From Wolbachia endosymbiont of Drosophila innubila (GTDB taxonomy: Bacteria > Pseudomonadota > Alphaproteobacteria > Rickettsiales > Anaplasmataceae): 32,000 nucleotides of DNA. The notes beneath the pieces are model-generated. The model was not told the DNA's origin and searched no databases. It saw only the letters and a program-made list of their open reading frames with translations. Location of the stretch: contig NZ_CP076228.1 in assembly GCF_021378375.1 (NCBI RefSeq), positions 660,001 through 692,000 on the forward strand. The letters are read 5' to 3'. Below are positions 15,357 to 23,521 of the stretch, piece after piece. Position numbers and translations under genes: made by a program. The first letter of the stretch is position 1; each line of letters opens with the position of its first letter.

Positions 15357-15521
15357 ATGTTTAAAAAGCTATTATTTTTTGTTTTAGCTGTGTTTATGTT
15401 ATCGGGGTGTTCCCTAAGTAAACAGCGTAAGTTAAAAAGTCCGTGTATAAAAAGCAATGAAAGCATTTCATGCGAGTTGTACTCTGTTAATGATCATTGG
15501 TTAGATAAGTATAAGGCATAG
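15357..15521 (+). CDS. Small putative lipoprotein (54 aa), not in supplied ORF track
   Basis: Manual translation gives MFKKLLFFVLAVFMLSGCSLSKQRKLKSPCIKSNESISCELYSVNDHWLDKYKA*. It has a hydrophobic signal peptide followed by the lipobox L-S-G-C, and three further Cys residues in the mature part. Confidence 0.5.
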   Translation: MFKKLLFFVLAVFMLSGCSLSKQRKLKSPCIKSNESISCELYSVNDHWLDKYKA

Positions 15522-15542
15522 AAATTGTGCTATTTTTCCTAT

Positions 15543-16217
15543 TCACAACTTCACTAATGATCGATCTCTCAATTGGAAAATGCAGTCTGCCTTTTCTGCA
15601 AGGAGATGATTGTGTGTTACTATAAGCATAGAGCTGTTATTTTCCTTTACGTATGAATGTAGCAGTAAAAACACGTTAAAAGAATTTGTTGGATCTAAGT
15701 TTCCTGTTGGCTCATCTGCAAGTAAAAGCTTTGGAGAATTTACAATGCTTCTTGCAATTGCAACTCTCTGCCTTTCCCCACCCGAAACTTCAGATACCAT
15801 GCTACTTGCTTTGTTTTCCAGACCAAATTTTTCCAACATTGCTTGCGAATTTTTTTTTGCTTCAGCTTTGCTTTTTCCTGCAATGAGTTGAGGAAGCATA
15901 ATATTTTCCAACACCGATAACTCTTGTAACAAATAGTGAAATTGATAAACAAAACTAAGAAAATTTCTTCTTACATGAGTTTTATGCTTATTACTGGCTT
16001 GTGTGCAATTTATTCCATCTATCGTAACTATACCTGAAGTTGGCTTGTCCAACAAGCCTGCGATTTGCAATATAGTTGTTTTCCCTGCACCTGAATCGCC
16101 AATCAGCGCTACTACTTGCCCTCTTGTGACACTTAAGTTGATATCCTTTACAACAGCAGAATTGTTCTTGAAGCTTTTATCTACGGAAGTTAGTTCTAGT
16201 GCTACATTACCACCCAT
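15543..16217 (-). CDS. lolD: ABC transporter ATP-binding protein, LolD-like (lipoprotein release)
   Basis: It has Walker A GDSGAGKTT, the signature VSGGERQRVAIARS and Walker B LLLADEPTGNLD. The 224-aa MacB/LolD-type architecture fits, but the specific LolD assignment is an inference. Confidence 0.7.
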   Translation of the reverse strand: MGGNVALELTSVDKSFKNNSAVVKDINLSVTRGQVVALIGDSGAGKTTILQIAGLLDKPTSGIVTIDGINCTQASNKHKTHVRRNFLSFVYQFHYLLQELSVLENIMLPQLIAGKSKAEAKKNSQAMLEKFGLENKASSMVSEVSGGERQRVAIARSIVNSPKLLLADEPTGNLDPTNSFNVFLLLHSYVKENNSSMLIVTHNHLLAEKADCIFQLRDRSLVKL

Positions 16218-16256
16218 GTTTAAAAAATCCAGAAGGCATCTAAGTTTTAGTAATAA

Positions 16257-16718
16257 TTAAACCGAAAAACTGTTACCACAGCCACATTGAGACTTAGCAA
16301 AGGCATTCTTTATTTGAAAACCAGAACCACTAAGATCCTCAGTATAATCTATAACTGAGTTATTTAAAAATTTTGCTGAACAATTATCAACCATTAATAC
16401 AGGGTTTCCATTTTCATCATTAATTACTATATCTTTACCTTTTTTGCTAAAACTGGAGTGGCTTCTATAGTCCTCACTTTCTTCATAGTCATCATCTTCG
16501 TCTTCGTCATCAAACTCATCATCGTAATCATCGTCTTCATCATCCAAAGATAGATTTTTATTCATTTGATCCATAAGAAAATTGTATTTGAAGCCAGAAC
16601 ATCCACCACCTGAAACTGCAACCCGTAAAATGGAACTCTTATCCCCTTCCTGCTCTGCAAGAGAGTGGATTTTTTTTAGTGCATTATCAGTTAAGTTGAT
16701 GTTGTAATTTGTTGACAT
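16257..16718 (-). CDS. Iron-sulfur cluster insertion protein, IscA/ErpA (HesB) family, with an internal acidic low-complexity insertion
   Basis: It has the conserved GGGCSGF and C-terminal CGCGNSFSV motifs. The start is taken at MSTNYNINLTD (16718). An insert of about 40 aa, DDEDDDYDDEFDDEDEDDDYEESEDY..., lies between them. Confidence 0.85.
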   Translation of the reverse strand: MSTNYNINLTDNALKKIHSLAEQEGDKSSILRVAVSGGGCSGFKYNFLMDQMNKNLSLDDEDDDYDDEFDDEDEDDDYEESEDYRSHSSFSKKGKDIVINDENGNPVLMVDNCSAKFLNNSVIDYTEDLSGSGFQIKNAFAKSQCGCGNSFSV

Positions 16719-16765
16719 AGTAACCATCGTTTATTATTGATAACTTATTATAGTAGAAATTTTAC

Positions 16766-17965
16766 ATGTCAAACAATAACTTTCTATTAAATTATGCATG
16801 TTTTCCAAGCAAAACAAAAGGGAGATACTTCAAAGAGCCAGAAGATGAGAATCGCAGCTGCTTTCAGCGTGATAGGGACCGTATCATTCACTCTAATGCG
16901 TTTAGAAAATTGGAGTACAAAACACAAGTTTTTATCAATTATGAGCACGACTACTATCGCACTCGGCTTACTCATAGCCTTGAAGTTGCACAAATTGCAA
17001 GGTCCATTGCGCGTAGACTTGGCTTAAATGAGGATATCACTGAATGCATAGCGCTCGCACATGATCTTGGTCATCCTCCATTTGGTCATGCAGGTGAAGA
17101 TGCTCTAAAGAAATCAGTTCAAGATTTGAATCTTGATAACGAGAAGTATGAGTTTGATCATAATGTTCAAGCTATAAGGATTTTAACTTACCTCGAACAA
17201 AAACATGCTGATTTTGATGGTATGAATCTAAGTTGGGAGGTGATTGAAGGAGTTGCAAAACATAACGGTCCCTTGCTTGGTCAAAACGCGGAGTCTTCTA
17301 CAAATAATCAGCTGTTATTAGAATACAACAAAAAATATGATCTAAAACTTGAAGAATTTTCAAGCATTGAAGCGCAAATTGCTTCAATTGCCGATGATAT
17401 TGCTTACAGTGTTCACGATCTTGATGATGCACTCAGGGCGAATTTAGTAACCATCGAAGATTTGCTGAATGTTCCTTTAATTGAAAAAATGTTTAAAGAC
17501 ATAAGGAGCAGATATTCAGAATTGCCTCAGAGCAAACTCATACATGAATCACTGAGTGGAACTATAGGAACTATGATAAGTGATGTTGTTTCTCAGACTG
17601 AAAGAAATATTGAAGATCACAAAATAAAAAGCGTAGAAGACGTAAGAAGTCTAAATAAAATGCTAGTCACATTTTCACCAGAAGTTGCGAATGCTACAAA
17701 AGAAATGAAAAGATTCAACATGGAGAAAATATACAGAAGCTATAAACTGAGTAGAACGATGAACAAAGCAAAACGCATAATACAGGAACTCTTTCAATGT
17801 TTTTATGAAAACCCAGGATTACTTCCCACAGAGTGGAGCAAACTCGCTTGTGAATCTCAGCGTTCAGTAATAATATGTGACTATATCTCAGGTATGACAG
17901 ATAGATTTGCTATACACGAGCACAGAAGAATTTTTGATACCTCATACGAAATGACTTCTTTCTAA
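16766..17965 (+). CDS. dgt: Deoxyguanosinetriphosphate triphosphohydrolase-like HD-domain protein
   Basis: It has F(Q)RDRDRIIHS, RTRLTHSLEV and HDLGHPPFGH motifs. Length is 399 aa. Confidence 0.88.
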   Translation: MSNNNFLLNYACFPSKTKGRYFKEPEDENRSCFQRDRDRIIHSNAFRKLEYKTQVFINYEHDYYRTRLTHSLEVAQIARSIARRLGLNEDITECIALAHDLGHPPFGHAGEDALKKSVQDLNLDNEKYEFDHNVQAIRILTYLEQKHADFDGMNLSWEVIEGVAKHNGPLLGQNAESSTNNQLLLEYNKKYDLKLEEFSSIEAQIASIADDIAYSVHDLDDALRANLVTIEDLLNVPLIEKMFKDIRSRYSELPQSKLIHESLSGTIGTMISDVVSQTERNIEDHKIKSVEDVRSLNKMLVTFSPEVANATKEMKRFNMEKIYRSYKLSRTMNKAKRIIQELFQCFYENPGLLPTEWSKLACESQRSVIICDYISGMTDRFAIHEHRRIFDTSYEMTSF

Positions 17966-19047
17966 TGACTGATGATCATTTCATGTCAATTGCATTAAGG
18001 CTTGCAGAAAAAAATCTTGGAAATGTTGCACCAAATCCTGCTGTCGGGTGTATTATTGTAAAGGATGGTACAATTGTTAGTGAGGGATACACAGGGATTG
18101 GTGGGCGTCCGCATGCGGAGGTAGTCGCTTTGCAAAACGCTAAAGATTCAACTCATGGCGCAACTATATATATCACTCTTGAGCCATGTTGTCATCACGG
18201 AGTCACGGGGCCTTGCACTGCAAAAATCATAAAAGCTAGCATAAAAAGAGTAGTAATTGCAACTATTGACCCAGATAGTAGAGTTTCAGGCAGAGGCATG
18301 AAAGCTCTGAAAGAAGCAGGAATTGAAGTTGAGCAAGGTATTATGCAAAAAGAGGCAAAAGAACTGAATGTCGGTTTTTTCACCACTAAAGAATTACATA
18401 GACCATTTATAGCTTGCAAAGTCGCAACAACTCTTGACGGAAAAATCGCAACATTTACAGGCGATAGCAAATGGATAACAAGTGAAAATACGAGAAACTG
18501 GGTGCATGAGCTCAGAACGAAATATGATGCAATTATGATTGGCAGCAATACTCTTATTAATGATGATCCACTCTTAACTTGCAGATTACCAGGACTCGGA
18601 AGTAGATCGCCAATAAGGCTAATTATAGATAGTCAAGGGAGATTAAAGGAAGAGCATAACATTGCAAAGACTGCAGACAAAGTAATAACTTGGGTCATCA
18701 CAAATAAAGAAGTAGAGAAAAAAATAAAAAACATTAACTACTTAGTAGTTAATTCAAGCAACGCAGGTAAGGTTTGCCTAAAGGACATGGCATTAAAACT
18801 TGTTTCAGAAATTGGTATAACAAGATTATTAGTTGAAGGTGGAGGAGTGTTAATCACAGAACTATTAAAGTGTAATTTAATCGACAGGTTGATAATATGC
18901 CGCAGTGGTAAAATTTTAGGCAATGATGCCACTCCTTTTGTAGGAGATTTAGGGATTCAATTCATTAACAACTGTTATCAGTTTAAAAAAACAAAGATAA
19001 TAGAGTTTAGTGAGGATATAGTTGAGGTTTGGGATAGGTTGTCATAA
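17965..19047 (+). CDS. ribD: Bifunctional riboflavin biosynthesis protein RibD (pyrimidine deaminase / uracil reductase)
   Basis: It has the deaminase motifs HAEV and PCCHHG..GPC, plus a C-terminal reductase domain. Its start overlaps the dgt stop (TAATG). Confidence 0.92.
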   Translation: MTDDHFMSIALRLAEKNLGNVAPNPAVGCIIVKDGTIVSEGYTGIGGRPHAEVVALQNAKDSTHGATIYITLEPCCHHGVTGPCTAKIIKASIKRVVIATIDPDSRVSGRGMKALKEAGIEVEQGIMQKEAKELNVGFFTTKELHRPFIACKVATTLDGKIATFTGDSKWITSENTRNWVHELRTKYDAIMIGSNTLINDDPLLTCRLPGLGSRSPIRLIIDSQGRLKEEHNIAKTADKVITWVITNKEVEKKIKNINYLVVNSSNAGKVCLKDMALKLVSEIGITRLLVEGGGVLITELLKCNLIDRLIICRSGKILGNDATPFVGDLGIQFINNCYQFKKTKIIEFSEDIVEVWDRLS

Positions 19048-19076
19048 TCCTTACATACTCAAACAGTAAAAAAAAG

Positions 19077-20518
19077 GTATCCGTTCAGCGGAGCGGTAAA
19101 ATAAAAAGTAGACAAGGAGTGCTAAAAACATAATATCACAAGTAGTATGTGTGGTAAATATGTCTGATCTACTAGCTAGTCTTCTCAAGCTCTGTGAAAG
19201 CTTTAAAATAGAGATAGAGCAACTAAAAGCAGAGATAAAGAGGTTAGAGATAGAAAACGAAAATTTTAGATCTGAGAATAAGGCGCTAAGAATCGAAAAT
19301 GCTGAATTGAAAGAAAGACTAGGTCTGAATTCACAAAATTCATCGATACCGAGCTCAAAAGAGTTATACAAGCTAAAGAAGAAAAAGAAAAAAAGTGACA
19401 GGAAAATAGGGGCACAGATTGGGCATGAAGGAAAGTATCGCCCTAAAATGGAAGCAGATGAAGTGGTGAAAATAGAGTTCTTGCGAGTGCGGAGGAGAAA
19501 TTGCGATATCGAAAGAGCCATACATTCATCAAAAAGTTGATTTGCCAGCTTATGTTGTGGAATACCAATGGCCGCTGTTGCAAGTGTGGAAAAAGAAAAA
19601 GTAGCAGGCTACCAGAAGGTGTTACTGCGGATACATTTGGTCCAAAAGTTAAGTCAACAATTGCGGCGCTGAGCGGATTTTACAAGAACTCGAAAAGAGA
19701 AGTAGCAAATATTATAAAAAATATTTTCAACCTGGGCATCAGTGTTGGTAGCGTGTCAAATAGCGAGGCTAGAGTTGCAGAAAAATGCCAAGAAGCATAT
19801 GAGCAAATCGAGCAAGAAGTAAGTAAAAGTGAAGTTCTGCATATCGATGAAACGAGCCGTTATAACAAAGGTAAACTTGGTTGGTGCTGGATGTTTGCCA
19901 GTAATACAGCAAGTTTTATAAAATTGACAGAGTCAAAAGGAATGAAGGTTTTACAAAATAGTAAGTTCTGCAATCGCAATAGCTTACGACAGGTACGCAG
20001 CATACAACTACTTTGCCGATAAGAATAGGCAAATCTGTTGGGCACATTTATCAAGAGATTTTGAAAGATTAGCACATAGTTGAAGTTAAAGTTCTGGGCT
20101 GTTACTTAAGAAACGTAGCCACTGAATTATTTGCACTAAAAAAGGCCTTGCTAAAAAATGAGATAGATGTTTTTAGATTTACCAGACGTGCCAGAAAATT
20201 GCGAAAACGTACAAGGTATTACTTGAAGCCGTTTACCTGAAGCAATTGGAGCTTCTCGAGTTGCAAAGAATATTTTGAAATCTGAAAGAATGATGTGGAA
20301 ATTTTTAGATGACCCAGAAAACATTCCGCTGACAAACAACCATGCTGAACAGCAGATACGGCATTATGTCGTTTATCGCAAAAATTCATATTTTACCCAA
20401 TCGAAGTGGGGAACTTGAACGGATAATTTCATTATACTTGACATGGAAACAAAGGGGTCTCAATCCTTTCCAAAACCTCTTATCTATCATCTCTCACACC
20501 GCTTAGCTGAACGGATAC
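19077..20518 (+). mobile_element. Compact IS66-family insertion sequence (about 1.44 kb), degraded
   Basis: The terminal inverted repeats are GTATCCGTTCAGCGGAGCGGT (19077-) and ACCGCTTAGCTGAACGGATAC (-20518). I found no flanking direct duplication. Confidence 0.75.
19160..20505 (+). pseudogene. IS66-family transposase, multiply frameshifted
   Basis: It has an N-terminal leucine-zipper-like region (LKAEIKRLEIENENFRSENKALRIENAELKERLGLNSQNSSIPSS) and a ...GAQIGHEGKYR motif. Later pieces include HIDETSRYNKGKLGWCWMF. The frame breaks repeatedly (19540, 20022 and several after 20040) and the last piece ends ...GLNPFQNLLSIISHTA*. Confidence 0.75.
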
Positions 20519-20646
20519 AACCCAAGAAAGGTTTTTCTACGTCATACCGCCGCGGTATCTCAGCATAGATTCCGCTAACGAGTAGCGGAATGACGAATTT
20601 GTTGTTTTTCAAATTGTAGGTAAACCTAAGCCACTTTAGCTATATA
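20519..20646. repeat. Palindromic repeat unit R4 (uninterrupted reference copy)
   Basis: The sequence is aacccaagaaaggtttttctacgtcataccgccgcggtatctcagcatagattccgctaacgagtagcggaatgacgaatttgttgtttttcaaattgtaggtaaacctaagccactttagctata. The segment 20521-20595 is nearly identical to 24574-24650. Confidence 0.8.
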
Positions 20647-20652
20647 GGATTA

Positions 20653-21330
20653 CTACGATGGATTTTTAAGATAGTTTATGGCCTTCTTAATATCTTCAGC
20701 CTTGAATATCGCCGATCCCGCAACTAAAATATCTGCACCTGCTTTTATTATATCAGCTGCGTTAAAAAAGTTAATTCCACCATCTACTGAAATTTGTGTT
20801 TTAAGGTTACGCTCTTGTATCATTTTTTTTATAGTAGATATCTTGTTCAACTGTGAATGAATGAATTCCTGCCCTCCAAAGCCAGGGTTGACTGTCATAA
20901 TCAGCACAATATCTAGCTCATGTATTATATATTCAAGCACACTTGGAGAAGTTGAAGGAACAATTGAAACTCCAACTTGAATCGGTTTTTTTTCGTCGTT
21001 TACATTTTTGTATGACTTTATCTTTCTTATCAACCTCTCAAGGTGTGTCTCTGCTTCTGCATGTACAGTGATAATATCAGCACCAGCATTTATAAAGCTT
21101 TCAATGTGGTTACCAGGAGATTTGACCATTAAATGCACATCAAAAGGAAGATTGCTATATTTACGTATTGCAGAAACAACGCTAGGACCAATTGTAATAT
21201 TTGGAACGAAATTCCCATCCATAACGTCTATGTGTATGTAATCCACACCTAAATCGCTAATTTTTCTTACTTCTTCCCCTAATTTTGCAAAATCTGCTGA
21301 AAGTATAGAAGGTGCAATTTTAATACTCAT
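20653..21330 (-). CDS. rpe: Ribulose-phosphate 3-epimerase
   Basis: It has MSIKIAPSILSADFAKLGEEV, HIDVMDG.FVPN and VNPGFGGQ motifs. Length is 225 aa. Confidence 0.93.
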   Translation of the reverse strand: MSIKIAPSILSADFAKLGEEVRKISDLGVDYIHIDVMDGNFVPNITIGPSVVSAIRKYSNLPFDVHLMVKSPGNHIESFINAGADIITVHAEAETHLERLIRKIKSYKNVNDEKKPIQVGVSIVPSTSPSVLEYIIHELDIVLIMTVNPGFGGQEFIHSQLNKISTIKKMIQERNLKTQISVDGGINFFNAADIIKAGADILVAGSAIFKAEDIKKAINYLKNPS

Positions 21331-21424
21331 GAGCTGCCTTTTTTGCTAAAAAATAACTTATTTTCAAAACTCTGTCACCCTAAGCACCATCTGAGTAGCT
21401 AGAGACCGATATCGGTATGCCTAT

Positions 21425-21853
21425 TTAACTAGATCTTAAATTAGATAAAAAAAGGTAGTCTTGATAAAACTTATTTACAGCAAGTTTTTTTACATTTGGA
21501 CTTTCTGTTTGTTCTTTTTTGTACCCTAATTTATAGCTTATTGAATCCTTGTATAAATTGATCGTTTTGTATGCTTTGTTCATCTCTCTAGGAAAGATGC
21601 CGTTAGCAATTACGACGCATAACCCTGTAGCTGTTGCAAAAGCTAGAGTGGTAAATGCTAGATTTTGTAAAAAATTCCTTCCACTAACTTTTTTTTCCTG
21701 TATATTAGCAGAGTGCGATTTGTTTGACACTTCTTCTAGATATTCATGCCATATGTGATTGCAGTTCGTACATTTTACCTTTCTTCCAGACGCGCCAATT
21801 TGCTTAGGAGATACCAAGTAAGTTTTAGTACAACTATTACATTGTATTTTCAT
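21425..21853 (-). CDS. MJ0042-type zinc-ribbon protein with one predicted TM segment
   Basis: The true start is taken at MKIQCNSCTKTYLVSPKQIGASGRKVKCTNCNHIWH (CxxC...CxxC). A hydrophobic stretch LAFTTLAFATATGLCVVIANGI follows. The upstream 118 codons of the 260-aa track ORF are antisense to dapD. Confidence 0.7.
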   Translation of the reverse strand: MKIQCNSCTKTYLVSPKQIGASGRKVKCTNCNHIWHEYLEEVSNKSHSANIQEKKVSGRNFLQNLAFTTLAFATATGLCVVIANGIFPREMNKAYKTINLYKDSISYKLGYKKEQTESPNVKKLAVNKFYQDYLFLSNLRSS

Positions 21854-21926
21854 AGCACTTACATATAAGTAGTAACAAGCCCAAATGATACGAGCTACAA
21901 ATTTAATATCAATATATATATAACAA

Positions 21927-22757
21927 ATGGAAGGTTTGCAACTAAAAAAAACACAGAGTGAGATAAAAGATATTTGGAAAAATAGAGAAAAATTTAATGA
22001 CTGTAATCTAAAGAAAACAGCAAGAATAGCAATTAAAGAGGTAATTGAGCTCCTTGATAGTGGCAAAATTAGAGTAGCAGAAAAGCTATCAAGTGGAGAA
22101 TGGGTAGTACATAAGTGGATAAAGCAAGCAATATTATTACATTTTCTCACCGAAGAAAATAAAATAATAGATAATACCAATTGCTGGTTTGATAAGATCG
22201 GTAACAAGTTTAGTGAATGGAATGAGGAGAAATTTCGCCGGTTAAAAATTAGAGCAGTTCCTGGGTGTTTTGTTCGCCGATCTGCTTATATAGGTACAAA
22301 TGTTGTTCTAATGCCAAGTTTTATCAACGTTGGTGCATATGTTGATTCAGGAACAATGATAGATACCTGGTCAACGATTGGTAGCTGTGCGCAAATAGGA
22401 AAAAACTGTCATATTTCTGGTGGAGTGGGAATAGGTGGAGTTCTTGAGCCTATTCAAGCTTCACCTGTCATTATAGAAGATAATTGCTTTATTGGAGCAC
22501 GTAGCGAAGTGGCCGAGGGTGTGGTAGTGAGAGAAGGATCAGTCCTTGGCATAGGCGTGTTTATTGGGGCATCAACAAAGATTATTGATAGAGAAACTAG
22601 CAAGGTATTTTACGGCGAAGTGCCACCTTATTCTGTAGTGGTACCAGGATCTATTCCATCTAAAAATAATATTTCAACCTATTGTGCAGTCATAGTAAAA
22701 AAAGTGGATGAAAAGACGAGATCGAAAATCTCTATAAATGAAATATTGAGGGATTAA
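21927..22757 (+). CDS. dapD: 2,3,4,5-tetrahydropyridine-2,6-dicarboxylate N-succinyltransferase
   Basis: It has hexapeptide-repeat C-terminal sequence ([40 protein letters not shown]...) with a DapD-type N-terminal domain. Length is 276 aa. Confidence 0.9.
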   Translation: MEGLQLKKTQSEIKDIWKNREKFNDCNLKKTARIAIKEVIELLDSGKIRVAEKLSSGEWVVHKWIKQAILLHFLTEENKIIDNTNCWFDKIGNKFSEWNEEKFRRLKIRAVPGCFVRRSAYIGTNVVLMPSFINVGAYVDSGTMIDTWSTIGSCAQIGKNCHISGGVGIGGVLEPIQASPVIIEDNCFIGARSEVAEGVVVREGSVLGIGVFIGASTKIIDRETSKVFYGEVPPYSVVVPGSIPSKNNISTYCAVIVKKVDEKTRSKISINEILRD

Positions 22758-22763
22758 ACTATC

Positions 22764-23048
22764 TTACTCCTTGTCGTCACTTTTTTTATCATTATTACTA
22801 ACCACAGTAATGGCATACGCGCATAACTCTGAGAAAGAGACTCCATTTTCTTGAGATAGTTTATATAATTTTTGTAGACTTTCTTTTACTTTATTAGGGA
22901 TATTCCCTCCACGTTCTTTTACAAGCCAGGAATCTTGATGATGAATTGGATGAGCATCGCTTTTTGGATTTCCTATATATATTGCAAAAGGTGAACTTTG
23001 CCCTTTGAAGTCACATTGTACAGTAAATTTTTTTATAGATTCGGCCAT
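22764..23048 (-). CDS. Small conserved protein, DUF2610-like
   Basis: The 94-aa sequence is ...FTVQCDFKGQSSPFAIYIGNPKSDAHPIHHQDSWLVKERGGNIPNKV...VSFSELCAYA. It resembles alphaproteobacterial DUF2610 proteins as recalled from memory; this was not verified. Confidence 0.55.
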   Translation of the reverse strand: MAESIKKFTVQCDFKGQSSPFAIYIGNPKSDAHPIHHQDSWLVKERGGNIPNKVKESLQKLYKLSQENGVSFSELCAYAITVVSNNDKKSDDKE

Positions 23049-23441
23049 TTAAAGACCTCTACTTTTCTTTTTGGTCGATTTTATAGCAGGTGGAAGAGGT
23101 GGTTTCTTTATAAAATCTTGTCTATTGACAACACTTTCTCTACCTTCCAAAGCTCGGCGAACATCAGCTCTGCTTAATTGCGACTCTTTTGCTACCTTCA
23201 TTCCATGCTTTGCCATAATATTAGCACATGCTAGTACTTTTTTTACCAATTCTAGATCACCATTTAGCATTTGAACTAGCACTTGAAACACTTCCGCTAA
23301 AGTTAGCCCATCAGCATTTATAACCTTGTTTTCTATAAAATTGACAGCTTCTTCAAATTTGTATTCAATACTATCATCTTGAGGTATAAGGGCAACATAA
23401 TCGGTGTTTTTGTCGTCCATAACTGAAGCACTATTACTCAC
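23049..23441 (-). CDS. Hypothetical protein (130 aa), abutting the downstream DUF2610-like gene
   Basis: The ORF's stop is immediately adjacent to the start of 22764..23048. It has a basic Pro-rich C-terminus, KKPPLPPAIKSTKKKSRGL. No family was recognised. Confidence 0.5.
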   Translation of the reverse strand: MSNSASVMDDKNTDYVALIPQDDSIEYKFEEAVNFIENKVINADGLTLAEVFQVLVQMLNGDLELVKKVLACANIMAKHGMKVAKESQLSRADVRRALEGRESVVNRQDFIKKPPLPPAIKSTKKKSRGL

Positions 23442-23521
23442 AAACTTAAGTTTATACTATATATATAAATACTCTACTATTTTATATTATGGCACGCTAT
23501 AGTTAAACATTTATTAATAAC

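Noticed and set aside
19051-19521. 156-aa minus-strand ORF
   Set aside because: It is antisense to the IS66-family transposase N-terminus and is F/S/L-rich low complexity.
21854-22207. N-terminal 118 codons of the 260-aa minus-strand ORF 21425..22207
   Set aside because: This part is antisense to the well-supported dapD gene and has low-complexity hydrophobic content. The zinc-ribbon protein has a sensible start at MKIQCNSC (21853).
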